The notes under the pieces are model-generated. The model was not told the DNA's origin. It searched no databases and saw only the letters and a program-made list of their open reading frames with translations. From Candidatus Uhrbacteria bacterium (GTDB taxonomy: Bacteria > Patescibacteriota > Patescibacteriia > UBA9934): a stretch of 64,000 nt of DNA. Position 1 is the stretch's first letter; every line of letters starts with the position of its first letter. Position numbers and translations under genes: made by a program. Of the stretch, positions 40,699 through 50,059 are shown one piece after another. The DNA lies in the NCBI GenBank assembly GCA_943359325.1, contig CALRHD010000003.1, forward strand, positions 12,081-76,080. The letters are read 5' to 3'.

Positions 40699-41801
40699 TG
40701 CATAAAGGGGAGGGAATGGATCGCGGGTTCCTTATGTTGCTTGGCGGACTGATTCTTTTTGGATTCGTCATGCTTGCGTCGGCGTCGTACCCGTTGGCAC
40801 TCGATCGTTTCCACAACGGATATTATTTTGTCATTCACCAGGCTATTTTTGGACTGTTGCCTGGCGCAGCAGGATTTTTTCTTGCGTATAAAATTCCGTA
40901 TGGGTGGTATCGACGTTACGCAGGCGTCATGCTGGTTATTTCGCTCATCTTGCTCGTTCTCGTCTTTATTCCCGGCCTCGGGCTTTCGTATGGTGGTTCG
41001 CGCAGTTGGATCTCACTCGGGGCATTTTCGCTCCAGCCGTCGGAATTAGTAAAATTGACGTTTCTTTTTTACCTTGCTGCGTGGCTCGAAAAACGTTCGG
41101 CGCATGAGCTGCACGACTTTTCACAGGGTGTGCTGCCGTTTTTATGCGTGCTCGGTGCCGTTGCGCTGCTCCTCATTCAACAGCCCGACACAGGGACGAT
41201 GGCGATCATCGTCGCCATGGCGCTCTGCACATATTTTTCTGCAGGCGCGCCACTCAAATACTTAGCGCTTTTTGGTGCACTCGGTGCGTCACTCCTTGCG
41301 CTCCTCATAAAATTGACGCCATATCGCGCCGACCGCTTGATGACATTTTTGCACCCTGAACTCGATCCGCTGGGCGTTGGCTATCACATTAACCAAGCCT
41401 TGCTTGCCATCGGTAGCGGCGGCATATTCGGCCGCGGCTATGGGCATTCGTTACAAAAATTTCAGTATTTGCCCGAAGTCGCAGGTGACTCCATCTTCGC
41501 GGTGATCGGCGAAGAACTTGGCCTCGTATTTACTGTCCTGTTTCTCGCGCTATACGCTGCGTTTCTCCTTCGTGGACTCCGCATTGCCGAACATGCACCT
41601 GACGCGTTCAGTCGTTACCTCGTTGTTGGCGTCATGGCATGGCTTGGTGCACAGGCAATCGTCAATATCGGCGCCATGGTTGGCCTTCTGCCGATTACCG
41701 GCGTACCGCTTCCTCTGGTAAGCTATGGGGGAACCGCACTTGCCGTCACCATGACCGCACTCGGCGTCGTTGCGAATGTGTCGCGTAAACAGAAGATGTA
41801 A
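40695..41801 (+). CDS. ftsW: SEDS peptidoglycan glycosyltransferase FtsW
   Basis: RSWI..QPSELVK, QPDTGT, LPEVAGDSIFAVIGEELG and TGVPLPLVSYGGT motifs. Confidence 0.92.
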   Translation: MMHKGEGMDRGFLMLLGGLILFGFVMLASASYPLALDRFHNGYYFVIHQAIFGLLPGAAGFFLAYKIPYGWYRRYAGVMLVISLILLVLVFIPGLGLSYGGSRSWISLGAFSLQPSELVKLTFLFYLAAWLEKRSAHELHDFSQGVLPFLCVLGAVALLLIQQPDTGTMAIIVAMALCTYFSAGAPLKYLALFGALGASLLALLIKLTPYRADRLMTFLHPELDPLGVGYHINQALLAIGSGGIFGRGYGHSLQKFQYLPEVAGDSIFAVIGEELGLVFTVLFLALYAAFLLRGLRIAEHAPDAFSRYLVVGVMAWLGAQAIVNIGAMVGLLPITGVPLPLVSYGGTALAVTMTALGVVANVSRKQKM

Positions 41802-41810
41802 TCTGTCGCT

Positions 41811-42878
41811 ATGCCTCCATCACATCACTTTTTAATGACGGGAGGTGGGACGCTCGGGAGCGTTACGCCGCTTTTGGCGGTGGCGGAGGAAATGCGGAAG
41901 CGTGATGTGCATACAACAATTTCGTGGGTGGGAACGCCGAGCGGGCCAGAACGGCTTGTCGTCGAGAGCAGTCGGATTGCATTTTACGCGCTCGCAGCAC
42001 CGAAGCTCGATAGGTATCGCAAATGGCGATGGCCGGGTATTCCGTTTGGCATGGTGGCGAGTGTGGTGCGCGCAATAAGGTTGTTGCGTTTGTTGCGACC
42101 CGACATGGTATTTTCGGCAGGGTCGTATGTGAGCATCCCCGTTGTCATCGCTGCATTTGTGCTTCGTATTCCCGTCTGGCTCCATCAGTTGGACGTTGTG
42201 CCCGGCGTTGCGTCAAAAATTATGGCGCGATTCGCCACAAAGGTGAGTGTCACGTTTGAAGAAACGGCAGCGTGTTTTTCCAAAAAGAAAACCATTGTTG
42301 TGGGTGGCATGGTACGGGCGCTATTGCGACAAGGCGAGAAAGACATTGCGATGAAGCGCTATGGTTTCGACGCGACAAAGCCGACGCTGCTCGTCATGGG
42401 CGGCGGAACGGGCGCGGCGCAGATTAACGATGCGTTCGTGACGTTGCGGCATGAACTCACGACGCACATGAACATCCTTCACCTCGTCGGCCGCGGCAAA
42501 ATGCTTGCCGTTCTTGAAGAACACGGGCCGAATTATGCGGCGATCGAATTTTTGAACGAAGGCATGGGCGACGCGTATGCTGCGGCCGATGTTGTGGTGT
42601 GTCGCTCCGGACTCGGCACGATTTGTGAACTTGCGGCGCTAGGGAAGCCTGCGATTATCATCCCGTTCCATTCGTTCGAAATGGCGAATGCGCACGTGCT
42701 CGAAGATCGAAATGCCGCTGAAGTGTTGTGGTATGTAACGCCGCAGATTATTGGACAGGCGGTTATGCGACTTTTTGAGCGTCCAGAACGCCGCGCGGAA
42801 TTGTCAAAAAACATTCGTGCATTGTTCGCATTGAATGGGGACGAGCGGATTGCTCACGAGGTATTAGCGATTTTGTAG
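41811..42878 (+). CDS. murG: Lipid II GlcNAc transferase MurG
   Basis: TGGGTLGSVTP, GSYVS.P, GGGTGA..IN and RSG.GT..E motifs. Confidence 0.92.
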   Translation: MPPSHHFLMTGGGTLGSVTPLLAVAEEMRKRDVHTTISWVGTPSGPERLVVESSRIAFYALAAPKLDRYRKWRWPGIPFGMVASVVRAIRLLRLLRPDMVFSAGSYVSIPVVIAAFVLRIPVWLHQLDVVPGVASKIMARFATKVSVTFEETAACFSKKKTIVVGGMVRALLRQGEKDIAMKRYGFDATKPTLLVMGGGTGAAQINDAFVTLRHELTTHMNILHLVGRGKMLAVLEEHGPNYAAIEFLNEGMGDAYAAADVVVCRSGLGTICELAALGKPAIIIPFHSFEMANAHVLEDRNAAEVLWYVTPQIIGQAVMRLFERPERRAELSKNIRALFALNGDERIAHEVLAIL

Positions 42879-42915
42879 AAAATGTTAAAATTGTAGAAGA
42901 TGTAGAACGGCCATT

Positions 42916-43182
42916 ATGCATGAATCATCCCTAAAGCCATTTTGGATCGGACTTGTGTTGATGCTTGCAGGCGTCGGCCTTATCTACTGGAGTTTTTCGA
43001 GTCATCGGAGAGGTGCGGAAGATGCTGCACCTATTGACTCTAAGATCGGTGACAACGATGTCGTTTGCGTACAGGTCATAACACCTGCGAAAAATCCCGC
43101 AACAGGCGAGGTTGTTGACTATCCCACGCCATGCGATGTGCCTGATGGGTGGGAGGCGCTGGATCGGGAGATGACCGAATAG
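42916..43182 (+). CDS. Small membrane-anchored protein with a C-terminal two-Cys domain
   Basis: TM followed by CVQVITPA.NP.TGE...YPTPCDVPDGWE. Confidence 0.7.
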   Translation: MHESSLKPFWIGLVLMLAGVGLIYWSFSSHRRGAEDAAPIDSKIGDNDVVCVQVITPAKNPATGEVVDYPTPCDVPDGWEALDREMTE

Positions 43183-43222
43183 ATTTGCCATTATTGGCAC
43201 ATCAGGTAAACTTGTGACATAT

Positions 43223-43561
43223 ATGTTTAATTACCTCATGTATCGGGTTGCACAAGGATTGAGAGGTTTTGGATATCAGTTTCACGAAGAGAGAGATGTT
43301 CGTGTGCAAAAAATGCGTGAAGTTATTGAACGGGTGGAGGGTATCAAATTTCATATCGAAAATGCTGATGACGGTACATGGGTTGCGGAGTCCACAAATA
43401 TAGATGGTATTATCACTGGCGGAAACAATTATCCGGATGACGTTAACATTCAGATTCGAGATGCTATTTTTACGTATTTTGGAATTCCATCCCATCTATG
43501 TAATCCTACTTTAGTTGCTCGCGAAAATGAAGCATCGGTAGAGCAGCGTGTTTATGCCTAG
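43223..43561 (+). CDS. HicB-like putative antitoxin
   Basis: DDGTWVAESTNIDGIITGG...IRDAI..YF resembles the HicB partial RNase H fold; precedes a HicA-like gene; lower GC. Confidence 0.6.
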   Translation: MFNYLMYRVAQGLRGFGYQFHEERDVRVQKMREVIERVEGIKFHIENADDGTWVAESTNIDGIITGGNNYPDDVNIQIRDAIFTYFGIPSHLCNPTLVARENEASVEQRVYA

Positions 43562-43790
43562 CCGGAGTTTGGCGGATATTACATAGCGACAATGGATGCG
43601 AACATGTGAAAAGCTTGGACTGATTGTTGACGCACGCAGAGGGAACGGAAGCCATGTCTTAATTTGTCACCCAACAGATGGCTCACGATATACGTTACAG
43701 TATAAACTTCATAAGGGCATTAATGAGAAGATTTTCAAGAAACTGATGTCGTGGGGATTCTCGGAAGAAAAAATTTGGGAGAATTTATAA
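43554..43790 (+). pseudogene. HicA-like toxin with an in-frame TAG at codon 11
   Basis: MPSRSLADIT*RQWMRTCEKLGL..RGNGSH; ATG 43554 overlaps the upstream stop, TAG at 43584-86. Confidence 0.65.
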
Positions 43791-43835
43791 AAATCGTTGA
43801 CACAAAAAAACCTCAACCGAAGTTGAAGGATTTTT

Positions 43836-43910
43836 TGGTGCGCCGGGCGGGGATCGGACCCGCGACCTTGGGCTTAAAAGGCCCCTGCTCTACCACTGAG
43901 CTACCGGCGC
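43836..43910 (-). tRNA. tRNA-Lys(TTT)
   Basis: GCGCCGGTAGCTCAGTGGTAGAGC..CT-TTT-AA..GCGGGTCCGATCCCCGCCCGGCGCACCA. Confidence 0.92.
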
Positions 43911-43978
43911 ATTTATGTATCTATGGCGGGCAGATAATAACACTTTGCTACGAAAAAAATCAATAGCGAGAGGTTCGG

Positions 43979-44007
43979 TTGACGAAATCATATATTCGGC
44001 TATGCTC
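43979..44007 (+). promoter_or_regulatory. Sigma70-type promoter
   Basis: TTGACG, ~16-17 nt, TATGCT upstream of 44028. Confidence 0.55.
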
Positions 44008-44027
44008 AGCATACACCTGAGGGTTTC

Positions 44028-44456
44028 ATGTCTCTTCCGACGTTTTCACTCGACAGTGTCGATTCGCGCATTGCACCGTTCCTCCTGTATCTCGTGCAGT
44101 TCGGCATTCTCGGTCCTGGATTGTCGAAGTTGCGTCTCGAGCGCCTCGAGCTCTCGGAGCATGTGTGGAACACGAACAACATGCCACCACCGTGTGACGC
44201 CTATGTCTGGAATTGTGTGGTCGAGAGTGCGCGGAGATGGGCCGATCCCGAGCGCATGAATCTCCTCACGAATCGTGTAGAGGAGATGGAGACGAGTCAG
44301 CGGATTGCGAAAGCGGTCGTCGCCATCGCAATCGCCCATTGGCCGTCAGACGACGTTCACGCACTCCGCGTTTCACTTGGTCGCTTTCACTACGACGTTC
44401 ATAAGAACGGCGCATGCGTCGGCCCGTCGAGCATCGACCTTCGTTCAGCCGCCTAG
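44028..44456 (+). CDS. Hypothetical protein
   Basis: 142-aa ORF with its own promoter and no recognisable motif. Confidence 0.55.
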   Translation: MSLPTFSLDSVDSRIAPFLLYLVQFGILGPGLSKLRLERLELSEHVWNTNNMPPPCDAYVWNCVVESARRWADPERMNLLTNRVEEMETSQRIAKAVVAIAIAHWPSDDVHALRVSLGRFHYDVHKNGACVGPSSIDLRSAA

Positions 44457-44521
44457 CTACTCGCCTCAACGCCATTCCGGAAAGAGTGGCGCTTTGTTTC
44501 CCGTGGTATACTGTGCGTATT

Positions 44522-45976
44522 ATGAACCTCTCAAAAATCGAGAATTTTCAGGACGCCATAGTGACGGTTATGGGGCTGGGGCGGTACTCTCAGGGGAGTG
44601 GTCTTGGGGCGACGAAATGGCTGTTGCGGCACGGCGCGCAAACAGTTATTACTGACCTTAAAGACGCCGCCGAACTAAAGGAGTCTGTTGACTTGGTTAT
44701 GGACTGGCATGCGAAATATCGTGCGCAGTTTCCGAACCGCACCATTTACCAACCGTTGTTCATTCTTGGCCAGCATCGGCAGGAGGACTTTGTGAACGTC
44801 GATTGCGTGGTACAGAACCCCGGCGTGCCGAGTGAATCAGAATTCGTTGTTGCGGCACGGGAGAAGGGCGTAGCAATTGAGAGTGACGTGAGTTTGTTTT
44901 TCCGTTTTTATCCGCATCCGATTATTGCAGTGACGGGAACACGCGGCAAAACAACGACGACGATGTTGACGGGTGCAATGTTGAAGAAACTTGACCCACA
45001 GGCAATCATTGCAGGCAACGTCAAAGTGTCGCCGCTCGAATCGCTCGACGACTTGCTTGTGCGAAAGGAACCGACGCCTGTGGTGCTCGAATTGTCGTCG
45101 TGGCTGCTTGAAAGCATGCCGCAAGCGTTGAAGGATTTGAAACAAGGTCCCGACATTGCTGTGTTCACGAATGCGTTCCCTGACCATCTCAATCGTTACG
45201 CAAGCTACGAGGATTACATAAAGTCAAAAGAAATTATTTTCGAGTTTCAGACGCCCGAACAGTTTACGGTGCTCAATTTCGATAACGACATTGTGCGGGG
45301 CATGGAGTCACGAGTGAAAGGAAAACTATTTTGGTGCTCGAAAACGTACATGGAAAAAAATGGGTGCTATGTGAAGGACGGCGTCGTGGTGTTTCGACGC
45401 GATGGTGCAGATACCGCGTTGGTGTCGACTTCGGAGATTGGTTTGCAGGGCGAACATAATCTTGAAAATGTATTGACCAGTGCGTGTGCGGCCCTGCTTC
45501 GCGGCGTTGCGGTTGACGCGGTGTGCGACGTATTGCGAACATTCAAAGGTGTGGATGACCGGCAGGAATTGGTGCGTGAAGTCGATGAAATAAGTTATGT
45601 GAACGACACGACTGCAACGTCGCCCGACGCGGTTGTTGCGGCGCTCAAACGCTTCGGCGGAAAGGACGATATTATTCTTATTTGCGGCGGTGAAGATAAA
45701 AAGTTGGACTTTACTCCAATGATCGCAGCCATTCCCCCAACATGCAAGGTGGTTATTCTATTTCCTGGTTCTGCAAGCGACGTCATCGAGCCCAGCATTC
45801 TCGGTAAAGTCACTATCGACCACGCAGCGAACATGAAAGAGGCGGTGCAAAAGGCGCGTGCCGTTGCCACTCGTGGTGACATTGTGCTGCTTTCTCCCGG
45901 TGCGGCGAGTTTTAACATGTTCAAAAATGAGTTCGATCGGGGCGAGCAGTTCCGCGAGGAGGTAAGGAATTTGTAG
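44522..45976 (+). CDS. murD: UDP-MurNAc-L-Ala--D-glutamate ligase
   Basis: MGLG, NPGVP, AVTGTRGKTTTT, LELSSW, DHLNRY, NDTTAT and LLSPGAASF..FKN..DRG.F motifs. Confidence 0.95.
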   Translation: MNLSKIENFQDAIVTVMGLGRYSQGSGLGATKWLLRHGAQTVITDLKDAAELKESVDLVMDWHAKYRAQFPNRTIYQPLFILGQHRQEDFVNVDCVVQNPGVPSESEFVVAAREKGVAIESDVSLFFRFYPHPIIAVTGTRGKTTTTMLTGAMLKKLDPQAIIAGNVKVSPLESLDDLLVRKEPTPVVLELSSWLLESMPQALKDLKQGPDIAVFTNAFPDHLNRYASYEDYIKSKEIIFEFQTPEQFTVLNFDNDIVRGMESRVKGKLFWCSKTYMEKNGCYVKDGVVVFRRDGADTALVSTSEIGLQGEHNLENVLTSACAALLRGVAVDAVCDVLRTFKGVDDRQELVREVDEISYVNDTTATSPDAVVAALKRFGGKDDIILICGGEDKKLDFTPMIAAIPPTCKVVILFPGSASDVIEPSILGKVTIDHAANMKEAVQKARAVATRGDIVLLSPGAASFNMFKNEFDRGEQFREEVRNL

Positions 45977-45995
45977 CAACTATTTCGCTCCCTGC

Positions 45996-46123
45996 GCCGC
46001 TCGGGTACGTTTCCCCGACATCGTGGAGGAGCACTCTTACGATCGTCGAATTTATTCCTGCATGGAGTCGACGACTGAATCGTGCTATTTCCTCCACGAG
46101 TCGTGAAAAGTACCACTCGCGGC
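45996..46123. repeat. Long imperfect hairpin element (MITE-like) between murD and murE
   Basis: Nested pairs gccgc/gcggc, ggtac/gtacc, cgac/gtcg, tcgtggagga/tcctccacga, gcac/gtgc and tcgtcga/tcgacga. Confidence 0.65.
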
Positions 46124-46160
46124 TTGGTCGCTCCAGTGAGTCTGCTCATTACCTCACATT

Positions 46161-47471
46161 ATGCCTCTCATCCACACACTAAAACAAAAAATTCCGCCGT
46201 CATGGCTCCAGCCATATCATTTTGTGTTGGCGTTGGCGGCGGCGGTGGTGTATGGCAACCCGTCGAGAAAGTTGACGGTGATTGGTGTGACAGGAACAAA
46301 AGGCAAGTCGTCCACCGTGCAAATGATTGCGCAATTATTAACGGCACTCGGTGAGAAAGTGGGGTATACATCGACGGCAGGATTTGCAATTGACGGTCGC
46401 GTCATCGAAAACAGAATGAAAATGACGATGCCTGGAAGATTTTTTTTGCAGCGTATGTTGGCGGACATGGTGAAAGCGCAGTGTCGCTACGCCGTTATTG
46501 AAACATCGTCGCAAGGAATTGTGCAGTATAGGCACGTTGGCATTCACTACAACGTCGTCGTATTTACAAATTTAACGCCAGAACATATTGAGTCGCATGG
46601 CGGATTTGCGGCGTATCGGGCGGCTAAGGCGAAGCTGTTTCTGCGGCGTCCTGACGTCATCGTCACGAATGCCGATGATGAACATGGAGCTTTTTTTGGC
46701 GCGCTTCCTGCAGGGCGTCATGTAGAGTATGGCTGGGGGCCGTCGAACAGCCTTCAGCACCAGACTTCAGACACCCAACGTGAGATAATGCCGACGAATG
46801 TGACGCGGGACGGTGGCGGGCTGCATATGGCAATCGACGGTGTGCAGTTTGACGTGCCACTTTTGTCGATGTTCGAGCAGCAAAATGCGTTGTGTGCGAT
46901 TGCGGTGCTTCGCGGGCTTGATTTTCCGCTTGAAAAACTTTCGATTGCGGCATCAACGTTACAGTCTGTTCCAGGACGATTCGAGCGCATTGCGTGTGGC
47001 CAGCCGTTTAGCGTCATCGTCGACTATGCATATGAGCCTGCGTCGATTGCGGCGTTGTTGGCGTCGGTCAAACACCTCGGCGCAAAACGCATTATTGGCG
47101 TACACGGCTCGGCGGGCGGAGGGCGTGACGTCGCACGACGTACAGAAATTGGGAAACTCGCGGGGCGCGAAGAAGACATTGTCGTGGTGACGAACGAAGA
47201 TCCGTACGACGATAATCCTGCCGACATCATTCTTGCCGTTGCCGACGGTGCGCGGAGCGTTGGCAAGAAAGATGGCGTCGATCTTTTCACATTCGCTGAC
47301 AGGCAAGAGGCGATAGACTTTGCGGTGGCACACGCAGGACAAGGTGACGTAGTGTTGGTGACGGGCAAGGGTTCGGAGACGGTTATGGTAGTCGCGGGCG
47401 GCAAAAAAATCGCATGGGACGACCGCGTTTCTGTGCGGAACGCGCTTGCAAAACAAGGATTTGGGCTATGA
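46161..47471 (+). CDS. murE: UDP-MurNAc-tripeptide synthetase
   Basis: GVTGTKGKSST, ETSSQG, TNLTPEHIE.H, PGRFE, VDYA, TNEDP and GKGSE motifs. Confidence 0.92.
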   Translation: MPLIHTLKQKIPPSWLQPYHFVLALAAAVVYGNPSRKLTVIGVTGTKGKSSTVQMIAQLLTALGEKVGYTSTAGFAIDGRVIENRMKMTMPGRFFLQRMLADMVKAQCRYAVIETSSQGIVQYRHVGIHYNVVVFTNLTPEHIESHGGFAAYRAAKAKLFLRRPDVIVTNADDEHGAFFGALPAGRHVEYGWGPSNSLQHQTSDTQREIMPTNVTRDGGGLHMAIDGVQFDVPLLSMFEQQNALCAIAVLRGLDFPLEKLSIAASTLQSVPGRFERIACGQPFSVIVDYAYEPASIAALLASVKHLGAKRIIGVHGSAGGGRDVARRTEIGKLAGREEDIVVVTNEDPYDDNPADIILAVADGARSVGKKDGVDLFTFADRQEAIDFAVAHAGQGDVVLVTGKGSETVMVVAGGKKIAWDDRVSVRNALAKQGFGL

Positions 47472-47977
47472 AGGACATTGCACATCTCACCTTGTACGAC
47501 GGTGAAGAACGCTATGCCGTTATTCGCGCCGATTACCGCGCATTTTTACCACGCATCGCGTTTGGCGTACTGTGGCTGTTGCTCCCGTTTTTCTTTTTCT
47601 TTTCACTTCTCCGCATGGGCGTCTTCGGTCTCGGGTTTGGTGCGGCACTGACCCTTAGTGCACTGCTGTACCTTTTTTCGCTTCGGGCGACGTGGCATGG
47701 CTCTGCACTTGTTGTTACGACGCTTCGCTGCATCGACGTCACTCGCCGTGGATTTCGCCGTGCGATCATTGCTGCGGTGCCGTGGAAATCCGTTACGGCT
47801 GTGCATGTCGATGCACAAACGGTGTGGCAAAAAGCATTCGGACTCGGAAGTGTTCGTGTTGACGTTGCAGATGCCGTGCCGTTTTCGTTCGTATTGTCGG
47901 GCGTCAACGATCCTCGTCGCATACAGGAACTTTTTGATGATGTACAATGTTTGCGGAGCCATAAAAAAGCCGTATGA
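47468..47977 (+). CDS. Membrane protein with a bacterial PH-like domain
   Basis: Two TMs followed by VVTTLR.ID..RGF, FGLGSV.V and V.DP motifs. Confidence 0.65.
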   Translation: MKDIAHLTLYDGEERYAVIRADYRAFLPRIAFGVLWLLLPFFFFFSLLRMGVFGLGFGAALTLSALLYLFSLRATWHGSALVVTTLRCIDVTRRGFRRAIIAAVPWKSVTAVHVDAQTVWQKAFGLGSVRVDVADAVPFSFVLSGVNDPRRIQELFDDVQCLRSHKKAV

Positions 47978-48399
47978 CCGAACACGGCACGAACACGCGC
48001 ACCACGCTTCGCACTATTCGCCGACTTGGGACGATTGTTGTCGTCAATATTGTGGTGCTCACGTTTCTTGTGATGGGATTTGGGCGTGAGTATCTCCGTA
48101 ATCGTGAAATTTCACGCAACATTGCCGATCTTGAAGTGCAAAATGAACAACTTGCTACGAAGAAGCTCGCATCGCTCTCTGTCATTGAATCGCTATCGAG
48201 CGAGTATTATTTGGAAGGAGAAGCGCGGCGGAAACATGGACTCGCAAAGCCCGGTGAAGAACTGGTGATCATCAATGATGCAGAGGCAGCGACGGTGACA
48301 AAGGACGGTGAAGCGATGGAAGATGGTGGTGGGAATGCGGCGAAATGGTTTTTGTACTTTTTTGACCACGATACATTTGCCGATCGCCGCGAACTATGA
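47974..48399 (+). CDS. Septum formation initiator (FtsB/DivIC family)
   Basis: TM, coiled coil and YLEGEARRKHGLAKPGEELVII. Confidence 0.85.
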   Translation: MTEHGTNTRTTLRTIRRLGTIVVVNIVVLTFLVMGFGREYLRNREISRNIADLEVQNEQLATKKLASLSVIESLSSEYYLEGEARRKHGLAKPGEELVIINDAEAATVTKDGEAMEDGGGNAAKWFLYFFDHDTFADRREL

Positions 48400-49226
48400 G
48401 TGTCGTGCACTATGCATCGCCTATTTCTGCTGACGTTCCACAACCCGTATCGCGACGGGTGGTGTGGAGCGTGAGTATTTTTTGTGCCATCGTCGGAGTC
48501 GTATGTACGATGTTGATACTATTTTTATATTTTGGTGCGCATCGTGGTTTTGCCTCGGTATTGGCACGAATTGTTCCAGTGCCAGCGGCGGTCGTTGATG
48601 GGCGTGTGGTGTGGTATAGCGAGGTGTCGGAACGAGCGAATGCGCTGGAGCGTATTTCGGGTGTACCGAGCGGCGAAGCGATGCATCGAGCGTTGCTGCT
48701 TTCTGAACGATATGCCGTGGTGAAGAATCTTTCAGATGAGTTACGTGTGACGCCCGAACCGTTTCATGCGGGGGAGAGCAGCCTTCCGCCACTGTATCAA
48801 GCAGTGTTGCGTCGGGAGTCGCGTCTTGAGGCGGCGGTGTTTTTAAGTGAACGTTTGCAGAGTGCCTCGCGATCGAAAATAGAGGCGATACAGCTCAAGT
48901 TGCAGCAGGGAATTGGGTTTGCGGATTTAGCAACGGAGTATAGCGAAGGTGACGCTGCAGTTTTCGGTGGCGACATTGGCTACGTCAACCCATCGATGTT
49001 GCCAGAAGAATTGCAGACTACGGCAAAAACGCTCGCAGCAGGAGAGACATCGAGCATTGTCGAAACGCCATACGGATTTTGGTTAGCAAAGGCGGAAGAT
49101 GTCATTGAGAGCGAAGGAGAGGAGCGACTCATTTTGCTGCGTGTTATTGAAATCAAAAAAGATTTGCTCGGTGATGTTGTCGACGCTGAGTTGCGACGTG
49201 TACGGGTGAGGGAGTTTCTCCGCTAA
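48396..49226 (+). CDS. Parvulin-type peptidyl-prolyl isomerase (PrsA/SurA-like)
   Basis: FADLATEYSE, GGDIGY and SSIVETPYGFW motifs. Confidence 0.8.
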   Translation: MSVVHYASPISADVPQPVSRRVVWSVSIFCAIVGVVCTMLILFLYFGAHRGFASVLARIVPVPAAVVDGRVVWYSEVSERANALERISGVPSGEAMHRALLLSERYAVVKNLSDELRVTPEPFHAGESSLPPLYQAVLRRESRLEAAVFLSERLQSASRSKIEAIQLKLQQGIGFADLATEYSEGDAAVFGGDIGYVNPSMLPEELQTTAKTLAAGETSSIVETPYGFWLAKAEDVIESEGEERLILLRVIEIKKDLLGDVVDAELRRVRVREFLR

Positions 49227-49261
49227 AACAAGAGCTCCCGAATAAGGTCGGGAGCAAAAGG

Positions 49262-49699
49262 CTAGAGGAGATATTTTTGGCGGATGAGGCGTTCGAGGGC
49301 CTGTTCGACGGCGCCTATGGGCGTTTCTGCGTAGTAGACCGCGCCCATGCTCACGGCGCAATATCGCTCGTTGGCCTCGAGGTAGGAGCTTCTGATGAGC
49401 GGTGCGCGGTGGAATCGGGTTGCATCACTGAGAAGTTCAAGGGTAAAGCATGCGTCAACGGCATTGCAGATCGCCGTGGCGAGGTCGCCTGCGCGGGTAA
49501 ACTCGGCTCGTATTTCTTCGTCGTGAATGATCCGCACTTCGATGTAGGAGCGAGTAGGGTCGAGCAGTGTGCACGCTCTCATGAGGAACGTGGTGCGGCC
49601 ATTAGCGTTGACAACGACTGTATTGGTTCTTTTATCACGGAAGATTGTGGCGTACTGACGTGAAGGAGCAGTTTGCACGGAGTCTCCATGTGTGTGCAC
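49262..49699 (-). CDS. Hypothetical protein
   Basis: 145-aa ORF filling the gap between convergent/divergent units; no motif recognised. Confidence 0.45.
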   Translation of the reverse strand: MHTHGDSVQTAPSRQYATIFRDKRTNTVVVNANGRTTFLMRACTLLDPTRSYIEVRIIHDEEIRAEFTRAGDLATAICNAVDACFTLELLSDATRFHRAPLIRSSYLEANERYCAVSMGAVYYAETPIGAVEQALERLIRQKYLL

Positions 49700-49766
49700 A
49701 AGACTAGCAGAAAAGTCGGGGGTTGTCTATTTCGGTGTCGTTCGCTACACTACGGACGCTTTCCAT

Positions 49767-49841
49767 GCGGGAGTAGTTCAGTGGTAGAACGTCTGCTTCC
49801 CAAGCAGAAGGTCGCGGGTTCAATCCCCGTCTCCCGCTCCA
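49767..49841 (+). tRNA. tRNA-Gly(CCC)
   Basis: GCGGGAGTAGTTCAGTGGTAGAAC..TT-CCC-AA..GGTTCAATCCCCGTCTCCCGCTCCA. Confidence 0.95.
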
Positions 49842-49875
49842 CTTCGCATTTATATAAGCTGAGAACGCCTCCATT

Positions 49876-49951
49876 GCCACTTTAGCTCAGTTGGTAGAGC
49901 AATGCTTTCGTAAAGCAGAGGTCCCGGGTTCGAATCCCGGAAGTGGCTCCA
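49876..49951 (+). tRNA. tRNA-Thr(CGT)
   Basis: GCCACTTTAGCTCAGTTGGTAGAGC..TT-CGT-AA..GGTTCGAATCCCGGAAGTGGCTCCA. Confidence 0.95.
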
Positions 49952-49981
49952 AAAAAATCCGCATGATGCGGATTTTTTTGT
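49951..49981 (+). terminator. Intrinsic terminator
   Basis: aaaaaaatccgcat-g-atgcggattttttt. Confidence 0.75.
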
Positions 49982-50059
49982 GCCACTTCAGTAGGCCAAC
50001 AGTTTTTTTGCGCGATGGAGATCGAGACCCAAAGAAGAACAATATGTTATACTACTCGC

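Noticed and set aside
43584-43586. Genome-wide stop-codon reassignment
   Set aside because: TAG, TGA and TAA all terminate conserved genes normally (e.g. pyrG TAG, tgt TGA). The in-frame TAG is an isolated case.
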